This document shows positions 27,340 to 35,748 of a stretch of 41,193 nucleotides of DNA, piece after piece. Source of the DNA: Ilyomonas sp. (GTDB lineage: Bacteria > Bacteroidota > Bacteroidia > Chitinophagales > Chitinophagaceae); assembly GCA_964658445.1 (NCBI GenBank), contig CAZZZH010000008.1, forward strand, positions 1 through 41,193, in the 5' to 3' direction. Both the position numbers and the translations under genes were made by a program. Numbering within the stretch: position 1 is the first letter of the stretch; every line of letters starts with the position of its first letter. Below the pieces are notes generated by a model that saw only the letters and a list, made by a program, of their open reading frames with translations, searched no databases and had not been told where the DNA came from.

Positions 27340-27894
27340 ATGCGTTACTTCCTTTTAATTACAGCAATAGTGTTTGCGGGCGTTGCCAATGCCCAGGCGA
27401 AACTCAGGTACAGCGCGGGTTTAGAAGCTGGCCTTACAAAAGGCAATAGTGATAATAGCCATGCTTATCTGCTTACCAATGGTGTAGTTTATAAGAGCTT
27501 AACGGCCGGTATTGGCGCCGGCATTGATGACTATGTGTTTCGCTCACTGCCCTTGTTCGCAGATATAAAAAAAACATTTGGGCACCGACATCTTCAACCT
27601 TTTATTAATGCATCGGTTGGTATCAATATCAACGAAGCGAAGGATAAGCTGAAGTCCGAGTATAATTACTATCCGAACGTTGACTATAAAAATGGATTTT
27701 ATGCAAGAGCCATGGCAGGTGTTTCGTTGCCGCTATATAAAAGATTGCGCGTTTTTATAGATGCAGGCTACAGTTATAAAACAACACGAATTAGTTATCC
27801 GTCTTATGCTTATTCAACCGAACAGATAGAAACTACCAATACCGATATCTATCGTTTCAACCGCTGGGTAGCGGCTGTCGGTTTCTGGTTTTAA
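27340..27894 (+). CDS. Small outer-membrane beta-barrel protein
   Basis: Signal peptide ANA-Q, alternating beta strands, C-terminal VGFWF. Confidence 0.75.
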   Translation: MRYFLLITAIVFAGVANAQAKLRYSAGLEAGLTKGNSDNSHAYLLTNGVVYKSLTAGIGAGIDDYVFRSLPLFADIKKTFGHRHLQPFINASVGININEAKDKLKSEYNYYPNVDYKNGFYARAMAGVSLPLYKRLRVFIDAGYSYKTTRISYPSYAYSTEQIETTNTDIYRFNRWVAAVGFWF

Positions 27895-28131
27895 TATTTT
27901 CACCACTGCTTCATCCCTAACCCCACCGCTTACTCACTTCCTATTTTATTTTCTTTTGCTAACCTTGCCAGTATATCAGCCTTCTGAAATGGCTGATTGT
28001 TATACATTTGCCAGACATACATAAAGCCTGCTTTATAAGAACGGCAGTTTTCTTTAACCAATGGCCTTATGGGTGTTGCATTGTTTGTCTGTAAAACATT
28101 GCAAAAAGAAAAACAGCTATAACCCATTATC

Positions 28132-28533
28132 ATGTCAGAAAAAAAAGACACAACTTCCACGTTTACCAGGCTGCAGAATCGCTACCGTTTAGTGATTATG
28201 AACGATGATACCTATGAAGAAATTACTACCTTCAAACTTACCCGCCTGAGTGTGTACGCAGGCTTGTGCACGGTGTTTGTATTGCTGGTGGGATTGACCA
28301 TTTCCCTGTTTATGCTTACCCCACTTAAGTTTTATATACCGGGTTATGGCAGCAGCCGGCAAAGCAAAGGTGAGCTTCAGGTGCTGAAGATGAAAACCGA
28401 TTCGTTGCAGCAGGCTATTCAATACAAGGATCAGTACCTGGATAATATTCGTAAAGTGCTCACCGGAAACACAGATGCGGTAAAGGATACGGTTTCTATC
28501 AAGGTGCCGAAAACCGATGTTTCTAATGATTGA
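28132..28533 (+). CDS. Membrane-anchored protein resembling the N-terminal half of Bacteroidota M23 peptidases, without the M23 domain
   Basis: RYRLVIMNDDTYEE..FKLTRL, TM helix, YIPGY, coiled coil; no HxxxD/HxH motifs. Confidence 0.65.
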   Translation: MSEKKDTTSTFTRLQNRYRLVIMNDDTYEEITTFKLTRLSVYAGLCTVFVLLVGLTISLFMLTPLKFYIPGYGSSRQSKGELQVLKMKTDSLQQAIQYKDQYLDNIRKVLTGNTDAVKDTVSIKVPKTDVSND

Positions 28534-28539
28534 TTTGCT

Positions 28540-28749
28540 ATGAATAAAGAGCCTCAAAACAGGAATATTTTGAATCAGTATTTTACTTTTGCCTGGCAGT
28601 TGATTGCTGGTTTGGGGCTGGCAGTTTATCTGGGCATACTTGCCGACAAGTGGTTGCATACCAGCATTCCTTTACTGGTATGGATTCTGCCTCTTCTCGT
28701 ACTAACAGGTATGATGATAAAAGTGATACAGGACACTACAAAGAAGTAA
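28540..28749 (+). CDS. AtpZ/AtpI-family small membrane protein
   Basis: 69 aa, two TM helices joined by GILADKWL. Confidence 0.7.
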   Translation: MNKEPQNRNILNQYFTFAWQLIAGLGLAVYLGILADKWLHTSIPLLVWILPLLVLTGMMIKVIQDTTKK

Positions 28750-28752
28750 TAC

Positions 28753-29163
28753 ATGACAAAGCTTAAACTCAGCCATACTTACCTTCCTTTAGTTTTTATT
28801 TTCGTTGCGGTAAATGCACTCTGCGTTATTTTCAACAACAAGCTTGATGAATGGCGAATCAATCATCTGGTGTTGCAGGGCGCAAATTTGTTGTTGTTTC
28901 TACTGATGATAGGAAGTGCTTATATCCACATTAGAGCTTATTACAAACCTAACCCTCATGCCTTTCTTCGAAGTGTGCTGAGCGCAACCGTTTTAAAACT
29001 TTTTGTAATTGCCGGTGCCGTGTTTGTTTATCTTTTCGTTGCCGGTGAAAAGCAAAGTATTTATGCGGTTTTAGCCGGTCTCCTTTTATATGTGGTATAC
29101 ACATTTGTAGAGATGAGAGGCATTATGAAAATAAACAAGCAAACCCGTAATGGCGCAGCGTGA
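28753..29163 (+). CDS. Four-TM membrane protein (ATP synthase I-like)
   Basis: Four hydrophobic helices, F...vKLF pattern, YVVYTFVE; directly after the atpZ-like gene. Confidence 0.6.
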   Translation: MTKLKLSHTYLPLVFIFVAVNALCVIFNNKLDEWRINHLVLQGANLLLFLLMIGSAYIHIRAYYKPNPHAFLRSVLSATVLKLFVIAGAVFVYLFVAGEKQSIYAVLAGLLLYVVYTFVEMRGIMKINKQTRNGAA

Positions 29164-29770
29164 GCAACCGATACAAACCCTGGCTGCCTTTCTGCCGGAG
29201 AATAGCTATGAAGCCGTAGCCGAATTTCTGCATCGCTATAAGGTACACCTTACAATTACCAAAGCTCGCAGCAGCGTGCTGGGCGATTACCGCAATGCTT
29301 ATCAGGATAAAAATCACCGCATCTCGGTGAATGGTAATCTTAATAAATATTCCTTTTTAATAACCTTGCTGCATGAGCTGGCTCATCTTCTTACCTTCGA
29401 AAAATGGAAGCATAGAGTAGCCGCACATGGCAAGGAATGGAAAACTGTCTACGGCGGTTTGCTATCTGTATTTATACAGCTTGCTATCTTTCCTGCCGAT
29501 ATAGAAAAAGCCTTGCAGCAATCTCTGCAAAACCCGGCTGCCAGCAGTTGTGCCGAAGAAGACCTGATGCGTGTGCTGGGCCGTTATGATGCTAAAAAGG
29601 AAGGAATCTATTTGCTGGAGCAGCTACCTGAAAATGCACTCTTTACTACCAGAGATGGCAGGCAGTTTATAAAAGGAAACCGGTTGCGAAAACGTTATCG
29701 CTGCAAGGAAATGGCTACTGGAGCCTTGTATTTGTTTAGTCCTGTTTATGAAGTGAAACCGGTGATGTAA
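29150..29770 (+). CDS. SprT-like zinc metalloprotease domain protein
   Basis: LITLLHELAH zinc motif plus HGKEWK. Confidence 0.88.
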   Translation: MAQREQPIQTLAAFLPENSYEAVAEFLHRYKVHLTITKARSSVLGDYRNAYQDKNHRISVNGNLNKYSFLITLLHELAHLLTFEKWKHRVAAHGKEWKTVYGGLLSVFIQLAIFPADIEKALQQSLQNPAASSCAEEDLMRVLGRYDAKKEGIYLLEQLPENALFTTRDGRQFIKGNRLRKRYRCKEMATGALYLFSPVYEVKPVM

Positions 29771-29808
29771 ATGTAAGATCAGCAGCCCCGCTGGCTTAAG
29801 ATTTTTTA

Positions 29809-30588
29809 TTACAAACCACTTAGTGTAATGCCAATAGAATATGGCTTGATATTAGGACCAACGCCTGTCTTCAGGAAGTTGGTTATCTGGTAAGATCCAT
29901 CAATGGAAATATTTCCAAACCCAATGCGTGCAGTAGCCGCCACACGTGTACTGTTGATGAAACGCTTATTATTTTCTTTCTCAATATATTTTGAACCATA
30001 CAATGTGGTTCCGGTGCTTCCCAATGCATTTTTACCTTTGGTGTGTTGGTTCAGTAAAGTCCCAATTTTCAATCCTAAGGCAGCTTTAAAACCTCTGTCT
30101 GGTGTTACCGGGTTGCCTGCATAACGCAGTTCTACAGGAAGCTCGGCAAATACAGTCGTTAACTTAAACTTGCTGAAATGATCGATGGCGCTTGTGCTTA
30201 CATTGGTAAATGGAAGGGTAGTAGTCGGCGATTTTAAGTTTACATATTTGTTACCGAAAAAGATATTGCTGCTGCCAATGCCCAAGCCAATGCCAAGACT
30301 CATGTGGCGGCTGTCTTTAAAAGGCTTGTCAATCATCACATAGATATTGAAATGCCGTGAAAAGCCAGAAGGTTTCGTACTGTCGGGAACAGAACCCCAG
30401 CCATCCAAACCATACTGCACCATAAAATGATCGTTGGGGCGGTTGCTGAGATCTATTTTGTTTAAAAACTTCCGCTTGGTAACTGTATCTTTTGCGGGCA
30501 TCATGGTTGAATCTTTTTGTGCAAAAGACGCAACTGTAAGAAAACAAAATAAAACGAAAGAAGCTATTTTAATAATGGAGTTATTCAT
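29809..30588 (-). CDS. Outer-membrane beta-barrel (porin-family) protein
   Basis: Signal peptide SFA-Q, ELPVELRY strand motif, C-terminal YSIGITLSGL; -7 TATTTTTG at 30615-30622. Confidence 0.8.
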   Translation of the reverse strand: MNNSIIKIASFVLFCFLTVASFAQKDSTMMPAKDTVTKRKFLNKIDLSNRPNDHFMVQYGLDGWGSVPDSTKPSGFSRHFNIYVMIDKPFKDSRHMSLGIGLGIGSSNIFFGNKYVNLKSPTTTLPFTNVSTSAIDHFSKFKLTTVFAELPVELRYAGNPVTPDRGFKAALGLKIGTLLNQHTKGKNALGSTGTTLYGSKYIEKENNKRFINSTRVAATARIGFGNISIDGSYQITNFLKTGVGPNIKPYSIGITLSGL

Positions 30589-30852
30589 GTAGATAGATGC
30601 TCTGTGATAGCGGGCAAAAATAACTGAAATGGTATAGCGTGCGGTTAAAAATAAGCCAAAAGAAATAGACCTCTTTAAATACGTATAGTATCAGCTTCAG
30701 GTATCGTCTGATAAAGCCGATTGCAACCAAAACCATTGAATGTTTTTCTTATGCCTTCGTTTTTATTTTTCATAAAACATTTATGCAATGAACTTGCCTT
30801 GTCACAAGATCGAAAAGCAAGTATCTAAAAAGATGTCGTGAGATTTTGTTTA

Positions 30853-30892
30853 AAAAAGCAAGCCTGTATGAATTCATACAGGCTTGCTTTTT
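30853..30892. terminator. Terminator formed by a perfect 40-bp palindrome
   Basis: aaaaagcaagcctgtatgaa|ttcatacaggcttgcttttt, 18 bp past the cytochrome c stop. Confidence 0.85.
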
Positions 30893-30910
30893 AATTAATT
30901 TTTCCCCCGG

Positions 30911-31312
30911 TTATTTTACTTCGGCTCTTACTGTTTTCACATCTGTTGCTGATACTGGGGTTGCTTTGTTGCCAAAACTGCTTCGGATGTAAGTAAGTAC
31001 TTTTGCCAGCTCATCATCTTTTAAGGCAGCCTGGGGCGGCATATTGTTGTTGTAATAAATACCATCGATCGGTACTTTTTCATCACCACTTCCTTTCAGT
31101 ACCCATGTAATTAATGTCTTCTTATCGCCGTTAACATATGAGGTGTTAATCAAGGGCGGATTAAGTTTGGGAACACCTTTGCCATCTTGCTGGTGGCAGG
31201 TAAGACAATATTTTGTGTATACATCTTTTCCTGTCGCAGGCAATGGTTTGGTCTGCGAAAAAACAGAGTTGTTAATGAGCGCAATAACAACAAATAAAAA
31301 TCCTTTTTTCAT
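30911..31312 (-). CDS. Monoheme c-type cytochrome
   Basis: CLTCH heme motif, distal Met in NNMPP, YIRSSFGN; signal peptide from ATG 31312. Confidence 0.92.
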   Translation of the reverse strand: MKKGFLFVVIALINNSVFSQTKPLPATGKDVYTKYCLTCHQQDGKGVPKLNPPLINTSYVNGDKKTLITWVLKGSGDEKVPIDGIYYNNNMPPQAALKDDELAKVLTYIRSSFGNKATPVSATDVKTVRAEVK

Positions 31313-31322
31313 TAATAATCTT

Positions 31323-32609
31323 CTACTTGTTATATAAAATACGGTATACATTTCCACCGGCATCATCCGTTACATACAAAGATCCGTCAGGACCTTGTGC
31401 CAGCCCGCAGGGACGGTGCTTGGCACTTCCCGGCTGCATAAACTCAGCACCGCCAGCGAAGTTATCAGCAAACACTTCCCAGTCGCCACTGGGCTTGCCA
31501 TCCTTAAAAGGCTGAAACACTACGAAGTAGCCTTTCTGCGGTTCAGGCGCACGATTCCAAGAGCCATGAAATGCTATAAAAGCGCCATTTTTATATCTGT
31601 CAGGAAACATGTTGCCTGTATAAAAAAGTAAACCATCGGGCGCCATGTGGCCGGGATAAGCGGCTACAGGATTGATATATTTACTATCTGCTTCCTTTTT
31701 TCCGTCGCCGCCGTATTCGGGGCCTACTAATTTCTTTTTCTGTATCCAGTCATAATACATGTATGGCCAGCCGGCGTTATCGCCATTGTGAAGCTCATAC
31801 ATACATTCAGCAGGCAGTTCTGCGCTTTGTTTGGCGGTGTATAAATCAGGGAATGTAGTACTAAGGTTATCACGCCCATGCTGCATCACGAATAAAGTAT
31901 TGGTTACGGTATTCCAATCAAGCCCTACAACATTGCGCAAGCCGGTTGTATAGCGTACTCCATTAGCATAGGTTTGATTTAATTTATCAGCCTTAAACAT
32001 CCAGATACCACCGTTTGAATCGAGCAGCGGGCAAGGCATTTGCCCCAGTTTCTCATTGCCGCGTTGTGCGCAAATGTTGGAAGGTGCGCCAATATTCACA
32101 TACAGGTTGCCGTTGTTATCTACAGCGATTGATTTGGAACTATGATGATGCTTATTGATTAAACCCGTTACAACAGTTTCCGGCTTTGTTTTATCTATCA
32201 CTTCGTTGTTTTCGTTAAGTTTATAACGGAAAACTTCGTTATCGGATGAAGCATACAAATAGCCGTTTTTAATAAGGATGCCTGTACCACCGTAATCGCC
32301 AAAGCCGGTGATGGTTTCTGCCTTGCCGTCTTTGTTATCATCGTGCAGTAGTAAAATGCCTTTGCCTTTTACATCTCCATCTAATTTTACATATAAATCC
32401 CCCTGCGGTGTAGCGGTTATATGCCTTGCTGTGCCTATGTTTGAGGCAACAACAAGAGCCGAAAAGCCTCTTGGCAAAATCAAGCCGGCGTTATCGGCAT
32501 CAGGCTGAATAGCGGCTTTCTTTTCTTTTACAGAATCTCGCTTGTAGCCTGCAAAAGCAGGATGCAGAACGATTACACAAAGCAATAGTAACAGGAAAGT
32601 TTTTTTCAT
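31323..32609 (-). CDS. PQQ-dependent sugar (glucose/sorbosone) dehydrogenase
   Basis: GLRNVVGL, HGRD, AGWPY, HMAPDGLLFY, AFIAFHGSWNR, RPCGLAQGPDGSLYVTDD; start 32609 or 32618. Confidence 0.9.
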   Translation of the reverse strand: MKKTFLLLLLCVIVLHPAFAGYKRDSVKEKKAAIQPDADNAGLILPRGFSALVVASNIGTARHITATPQGDLYVKLDGDVKGKGILLLHDDNKDGKAETITGFGDYGGTGILIKNGYLYASSDNEVFRYKLNENNEVIDKTKPETVVTGLINKHHHSSKSIAVDNNGNLYVNIGAPSNICAQRGNEKLGQMPCPLLDSNGGIWMFKADKLNQTYANGVRYTTGLRNVVGLDWNTVTNTLFVMQHGRDNLSTTFPDLYTAKQSAELPAECMYELHNGDNAGWPYMYYDWIQKKKLVGPEYGGDGKKEADSKYINPVAAYPGHMAPDGLLFYTGNMFPDRYKNGAFIAFHGSWNRAPEPQKGYFVVFQPFKDGKPSGDWEVFADNFAGGAEFMQPGSAKHRPCGLAQGPDGSLYVTDDAGGNVYRILYNK

Positions 32610-32644
32610 AGATTTCATAGCAAAAAATAATTGAAACATATTTA

Positions 32645-33712
32645 TTAATACAGATGGTTCGTATCGCTGTATTCTATCAAAGCGTCTACCAACTTTGTAT
32701 TTTCTTCTTCGGTGCCGATAGTGATGCGTAAGCAATCGTCGCACAATACTATGTTGCTCCGGTCTCTAACTACAATACTTTTAGATAAAAGATACTGGTA
32801 CAAATTTTTTGCATTGCTTGTTTTTGCCAATAAAAAATTGGCATCAGAAGGATAGACTTTTTTTACAACTGGCAGTTGTTCCAGCACTTCCTTCAGTGCG
32901 TTGCGCATGTTTACGATTTCGTAAATCATGTCGTTTACCTGATCTGTATTTTGCAAAGCCTGCCATGCCAGGTCCTGTGTAGCCTGGCTGATGTTGTAAG
33001 GCGGCTTTACTTTGTTCATTACGCTTATAATTTCTGCTGATGCAAAGGCAAGACCGAGGCGCAAGCCTGCCAAACCCCAGGCTTTGCTGAAAGTCTGCAA
33101 TACAACCAGATTAGGATAATCGCTTAGTTCCTGTATAAAAGATTTGTGCCTTGAAAAATTGATGTAAGCTTCGTCAACGACCACCAATCCATTAAAGTTA
33201 TTGAGGATCGTTTCAATGTCTTCGCGGTTCATCGAGTTGCCGGTTGGGTTATTGGGCGAGCAAACCCAGATTATCTTTGTGTGCTTATCAATCAACGTTT
33301 CGATATGCACTAGGTCGAGTTGAAAATCTGGCAATAGCTGCGACCTTCGGATCTCAATGTCATTAATGTTTGCGCTTACTTCATACATGCCGTAAGTTGG
33401 CGGGCAAATGATGACATTGTCCTGCGCCGGAACACAGAAACAGCGGTACAATACATCTATGCATTCGTCGCTTCCATTGCCTAAAAAAATATTTTCAACA
33501 GCCACTTTTTTAACAGCACTTACGGCTTCTTTCACACGGTGTTGGTAAGGGTCGGGGTAGCGGTTGTACCAATGCAAAAGCGGCGAGCCTAGGCTGTTTT
33601 CGTTAGCATCTAAATTTATCTTTGCCACACCTGTAAATTCATCCCGCGCTGAGGAGTAAGGTGTAAGGGATTTGATGTTGTTCCGAAGCAGTTTTTGCAT
33701 GTCAAAATTCAT
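32645..33712 (-). CDS. hisC: Histidinol-phosphate aminotransferase
   Basis: LDANEN, NRYPDP, GNGSDE, CSPNNPTGN, VVVDEAY, TFSKAWGLAGLRLG. Confidence 0.95.
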   Translation of the reverse strand: MNFDMQKLLRNNIKSLTPYSSARDEFTGVAKINLDANENSLGSPLLHWYNRYPDPYQHRVKEAVSAVKKVAVENIFLGNGSDECIDVLYRCFCVPAQDNVIICPPTYGMYEVSANINDIEIRRSQLLPDFQLDLVHIETLIDKHTKIIWVCSPNNPTGNSMNREDIETILNNFNGLVVVDEAYINFSRHKSFIQELSDYPNLVVLQTFSKAWGLAGLRLGLAFASAEIISVMNKVKPPYNISQATQDLAWQALQNTDQVNDMIYEIVNMRNALKEVLEQLPVVKKVYPSDANFLLAKTSNAKNLYQYLLSKSIVVRDRSNIVLCDDCLRITIGTEEENTKLVDALIEYSDTNHLY

Positions 33713-34141
33713 GGCGTGAAGATAGGAGTTGATTGATAAAATGCCTGTTAAACGAATGGAAATGATGGAAGCAGGCTGTTGGTTTTATCGATAGCTGTTT
33801 TCTCTTTTTTGATTGATAATAAAAGAGTAAGAATGGCTAAAAGAGCAATTTGTTTACAAAGATGATTATTACTTTAAGGTATTTTTTTAAAATTTAAGGC
33901 GCGATTCTGCGCTGTATTTTTTTTCTTTGCAAACGATAAATTATAAATAAAAAGATTGCCGTTATTTTACTTTGTTTATTGAGATGTTGTTTACATTTGT
34001 GAGAACCGAATTTGACTTGCAGCGAGGGATAAACAACAAATCCAGGTAACTGTTTTTCTTCAATTTTGTCAATAACGTTATAATTGTCCTATAAATATAG
34101 ATTTTTAAAGCAGCGAGTAAACGGCAAACACAGTAAGTAGT

Positions 34142-35602
34142 ATGAAGAAGAGAATCCTGATTATTGACGACGACATCGATATCTGCACTTTACTCAGTCG
34201 ATTTTTGAACAAAGAAGGATACGATACAGAAGTAGCCTATACGGGCAACAAAGGCATCGCTAAATTCAAAGAATCAAATTTCGATCTGGTGCTTTGCGAT
34301 TATCGGTTGGGTGATAAAGAAGGACGCGATGTATTATCTGAGTTGAAAGCGGCAAATCCTCAGGCTATCGTACTGATCATTACCGGTTATTCCGATATTA
34401 AAACAGCAGTTGAAGTCATCAAACTTGGTGCTTACGACTATATTACCAAACCGCTGATACCTGCTGAAGTGTTAAGCGTACTGGCTTCGGCATTAAAAAA
34501 TCCGGCGCCTCCTGTGCCACATGCAATGGCAAATCAAAATGCTTCCTCTACAGCTGCATCTGCCGGAGCTTCTTCGCCTAAAAAAGCGGTTTTCAAAACG
34601 AATGGTGATTATCTGGTGGGTCAATCGGAATCTACGCAGGACCTGTATCGCCAGATAGAAATTGTAGCGCCTACCAACTATAGTATTATTTTGTATGGCG
34701 AGAGCGGAACGGGTAAAGAAGTGATTGCTAAAACCATTCACCAATACAGCGAGCGCAAGGGTAAGCCGTTTATTGCAATGGACTGCGGCACACTTTCAAA
34801 AGAGCTTGCGGGCAGCGAAATGTTTGGTCATGTAAAAGGTGCTTTTACTGGCGCGCTCTCAGATAAAGAAGGACATTTTGAAATGGCGAATGGCGGCACT
34901 TTGTTTTTGGATGAAGTGGCAAATCTTTCGTTGGATATACAAGCTACCTTACTACGCGTGATACAGGAACGCAAGTTCAAACGGGTTGGTGGCACCAAAG
35001 AAATGGATATTGACATCCGCATCATTGTAGCGTCGAACGAGAATTTACAAGAAGCGTATCACAAAGGAAAATTCCGTGAAGATTTGTACCATCGCTTTAA
35101 TGAATTTTCCATTAACCTTCCTCCTTTGCGCCAGCGCAAAAATGACATCCCGCTTTTCGCGCAGTTTTTCTTGGAAAAAACAAATGATGAACTGAACAAA
35201 AATATCCAGGGCTTTGATGACGATGTGATGAACATGTTTCTCAACTACTCCTGGCCCGGCAATCTTCGTGAGTTTAGAAATGTGGTGCGCCGCGCGGTGT
35301 TGCTTACAACTGCCAATAAGATTTCTGCCAAAACATTACCGTGGGAAATTACCAATACAAACATTTTTACTAAACCTTCTCATGAACCTATGCCTATACA
35401 GCCAGCATTTACTACTTCTGTGTCGGCTAAAGAAATTGACCTGAAAGATGCTGCTGCCAAGGCAGAATATGAAACGATAATGAACCTTCTGAAAGAAGTG
35501 AATAACAATAAATCGAAGGCAGCGGAAATTTTAAAAATAGACCGTAAAACATTGTATAACAAAATCAAAAGTTACGAAGAATCAAAGGAAATGAATACCT
35601 GA
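34142..35602 (+). CDS. Sigma54-dependent response regulator (NtrC family)
   Basis: REC domain (ILIIDDD...LCD...TKP), GESGTGKE, GAFTGA, LFLDE, WPGNLRE, Fis-type HTH (AAEILKIDRKTLYNK). Confidence 0.95.
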   Translation: MKKRILIIDDDIDICTLLSRFLNKEGYDTEVAYTGNKGIAKFKESNFDLVLCDYRLGDKEGRDVLSELKAANPQAIVLIITGYSDIKTAVEVIKLGAYDYITKPLIPAEVLSVLASALKNPAPPVPHAMANQNASSTAASAGASSPKKAVFKTNGDYLVGQSESTQDLYRQIEIVAPTNYSIILYGESGTGKEVIAKTIHQYSERKGKPFIAMDCGTLSKELAGSEMFGHVKGAFTGALSDKEGHFEMANGGTLFLDEVANLSLDIQATLLRVIQERKFKRVGGTKEMDIDIRIIVASNENLQEAYHKGKFREDLYHRFNEFSINLPPLRQRKNDIPLFAQFFLEKTNDELNKNIQGFDDDVMNMFLNYSWPGNLREFRNVVRRAVLLTTANKISAKTLPWEITNTNIFTKPSHEPMPIQPAFTTSVSAKEIDLKDAAAKAEYETIMNLLKEVNNNKSKAAEILKIDRKTLYNKIKSYEESKEMNT

Positions 35603-35621
35603 TAAAAGCATTTTCAATCGC

Positions 35622-35655
35622 AAAAAGGCTGTCTTAATAGCAAGGCAGCCTTTTT
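35622..35655 (+). terminator. Intrinsic terminator
   Basis: aaaaaggctgtctt-aatagc-aaggcagccttttt. Confidence 0.85.
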
Positions 35656-35748
35656 AATTTAATTTTAATTATATATAAAAGTTGTTACTTTTGCTCAAAG
35701 TCCAATACGTCTTCCTATTATTTGAAACTCCAAAAATCAAAACATTTT

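Noticed and set aside
32610-32744. N-terminal extension of the dehydrogenase ORF, and similar extensions at 3389, 11288, 23004, 31366, 40602 and 40619
   Set aside because: They overlap neighbouring genes or promoter elements; downstream starts give proper signal peptides or family N-termini
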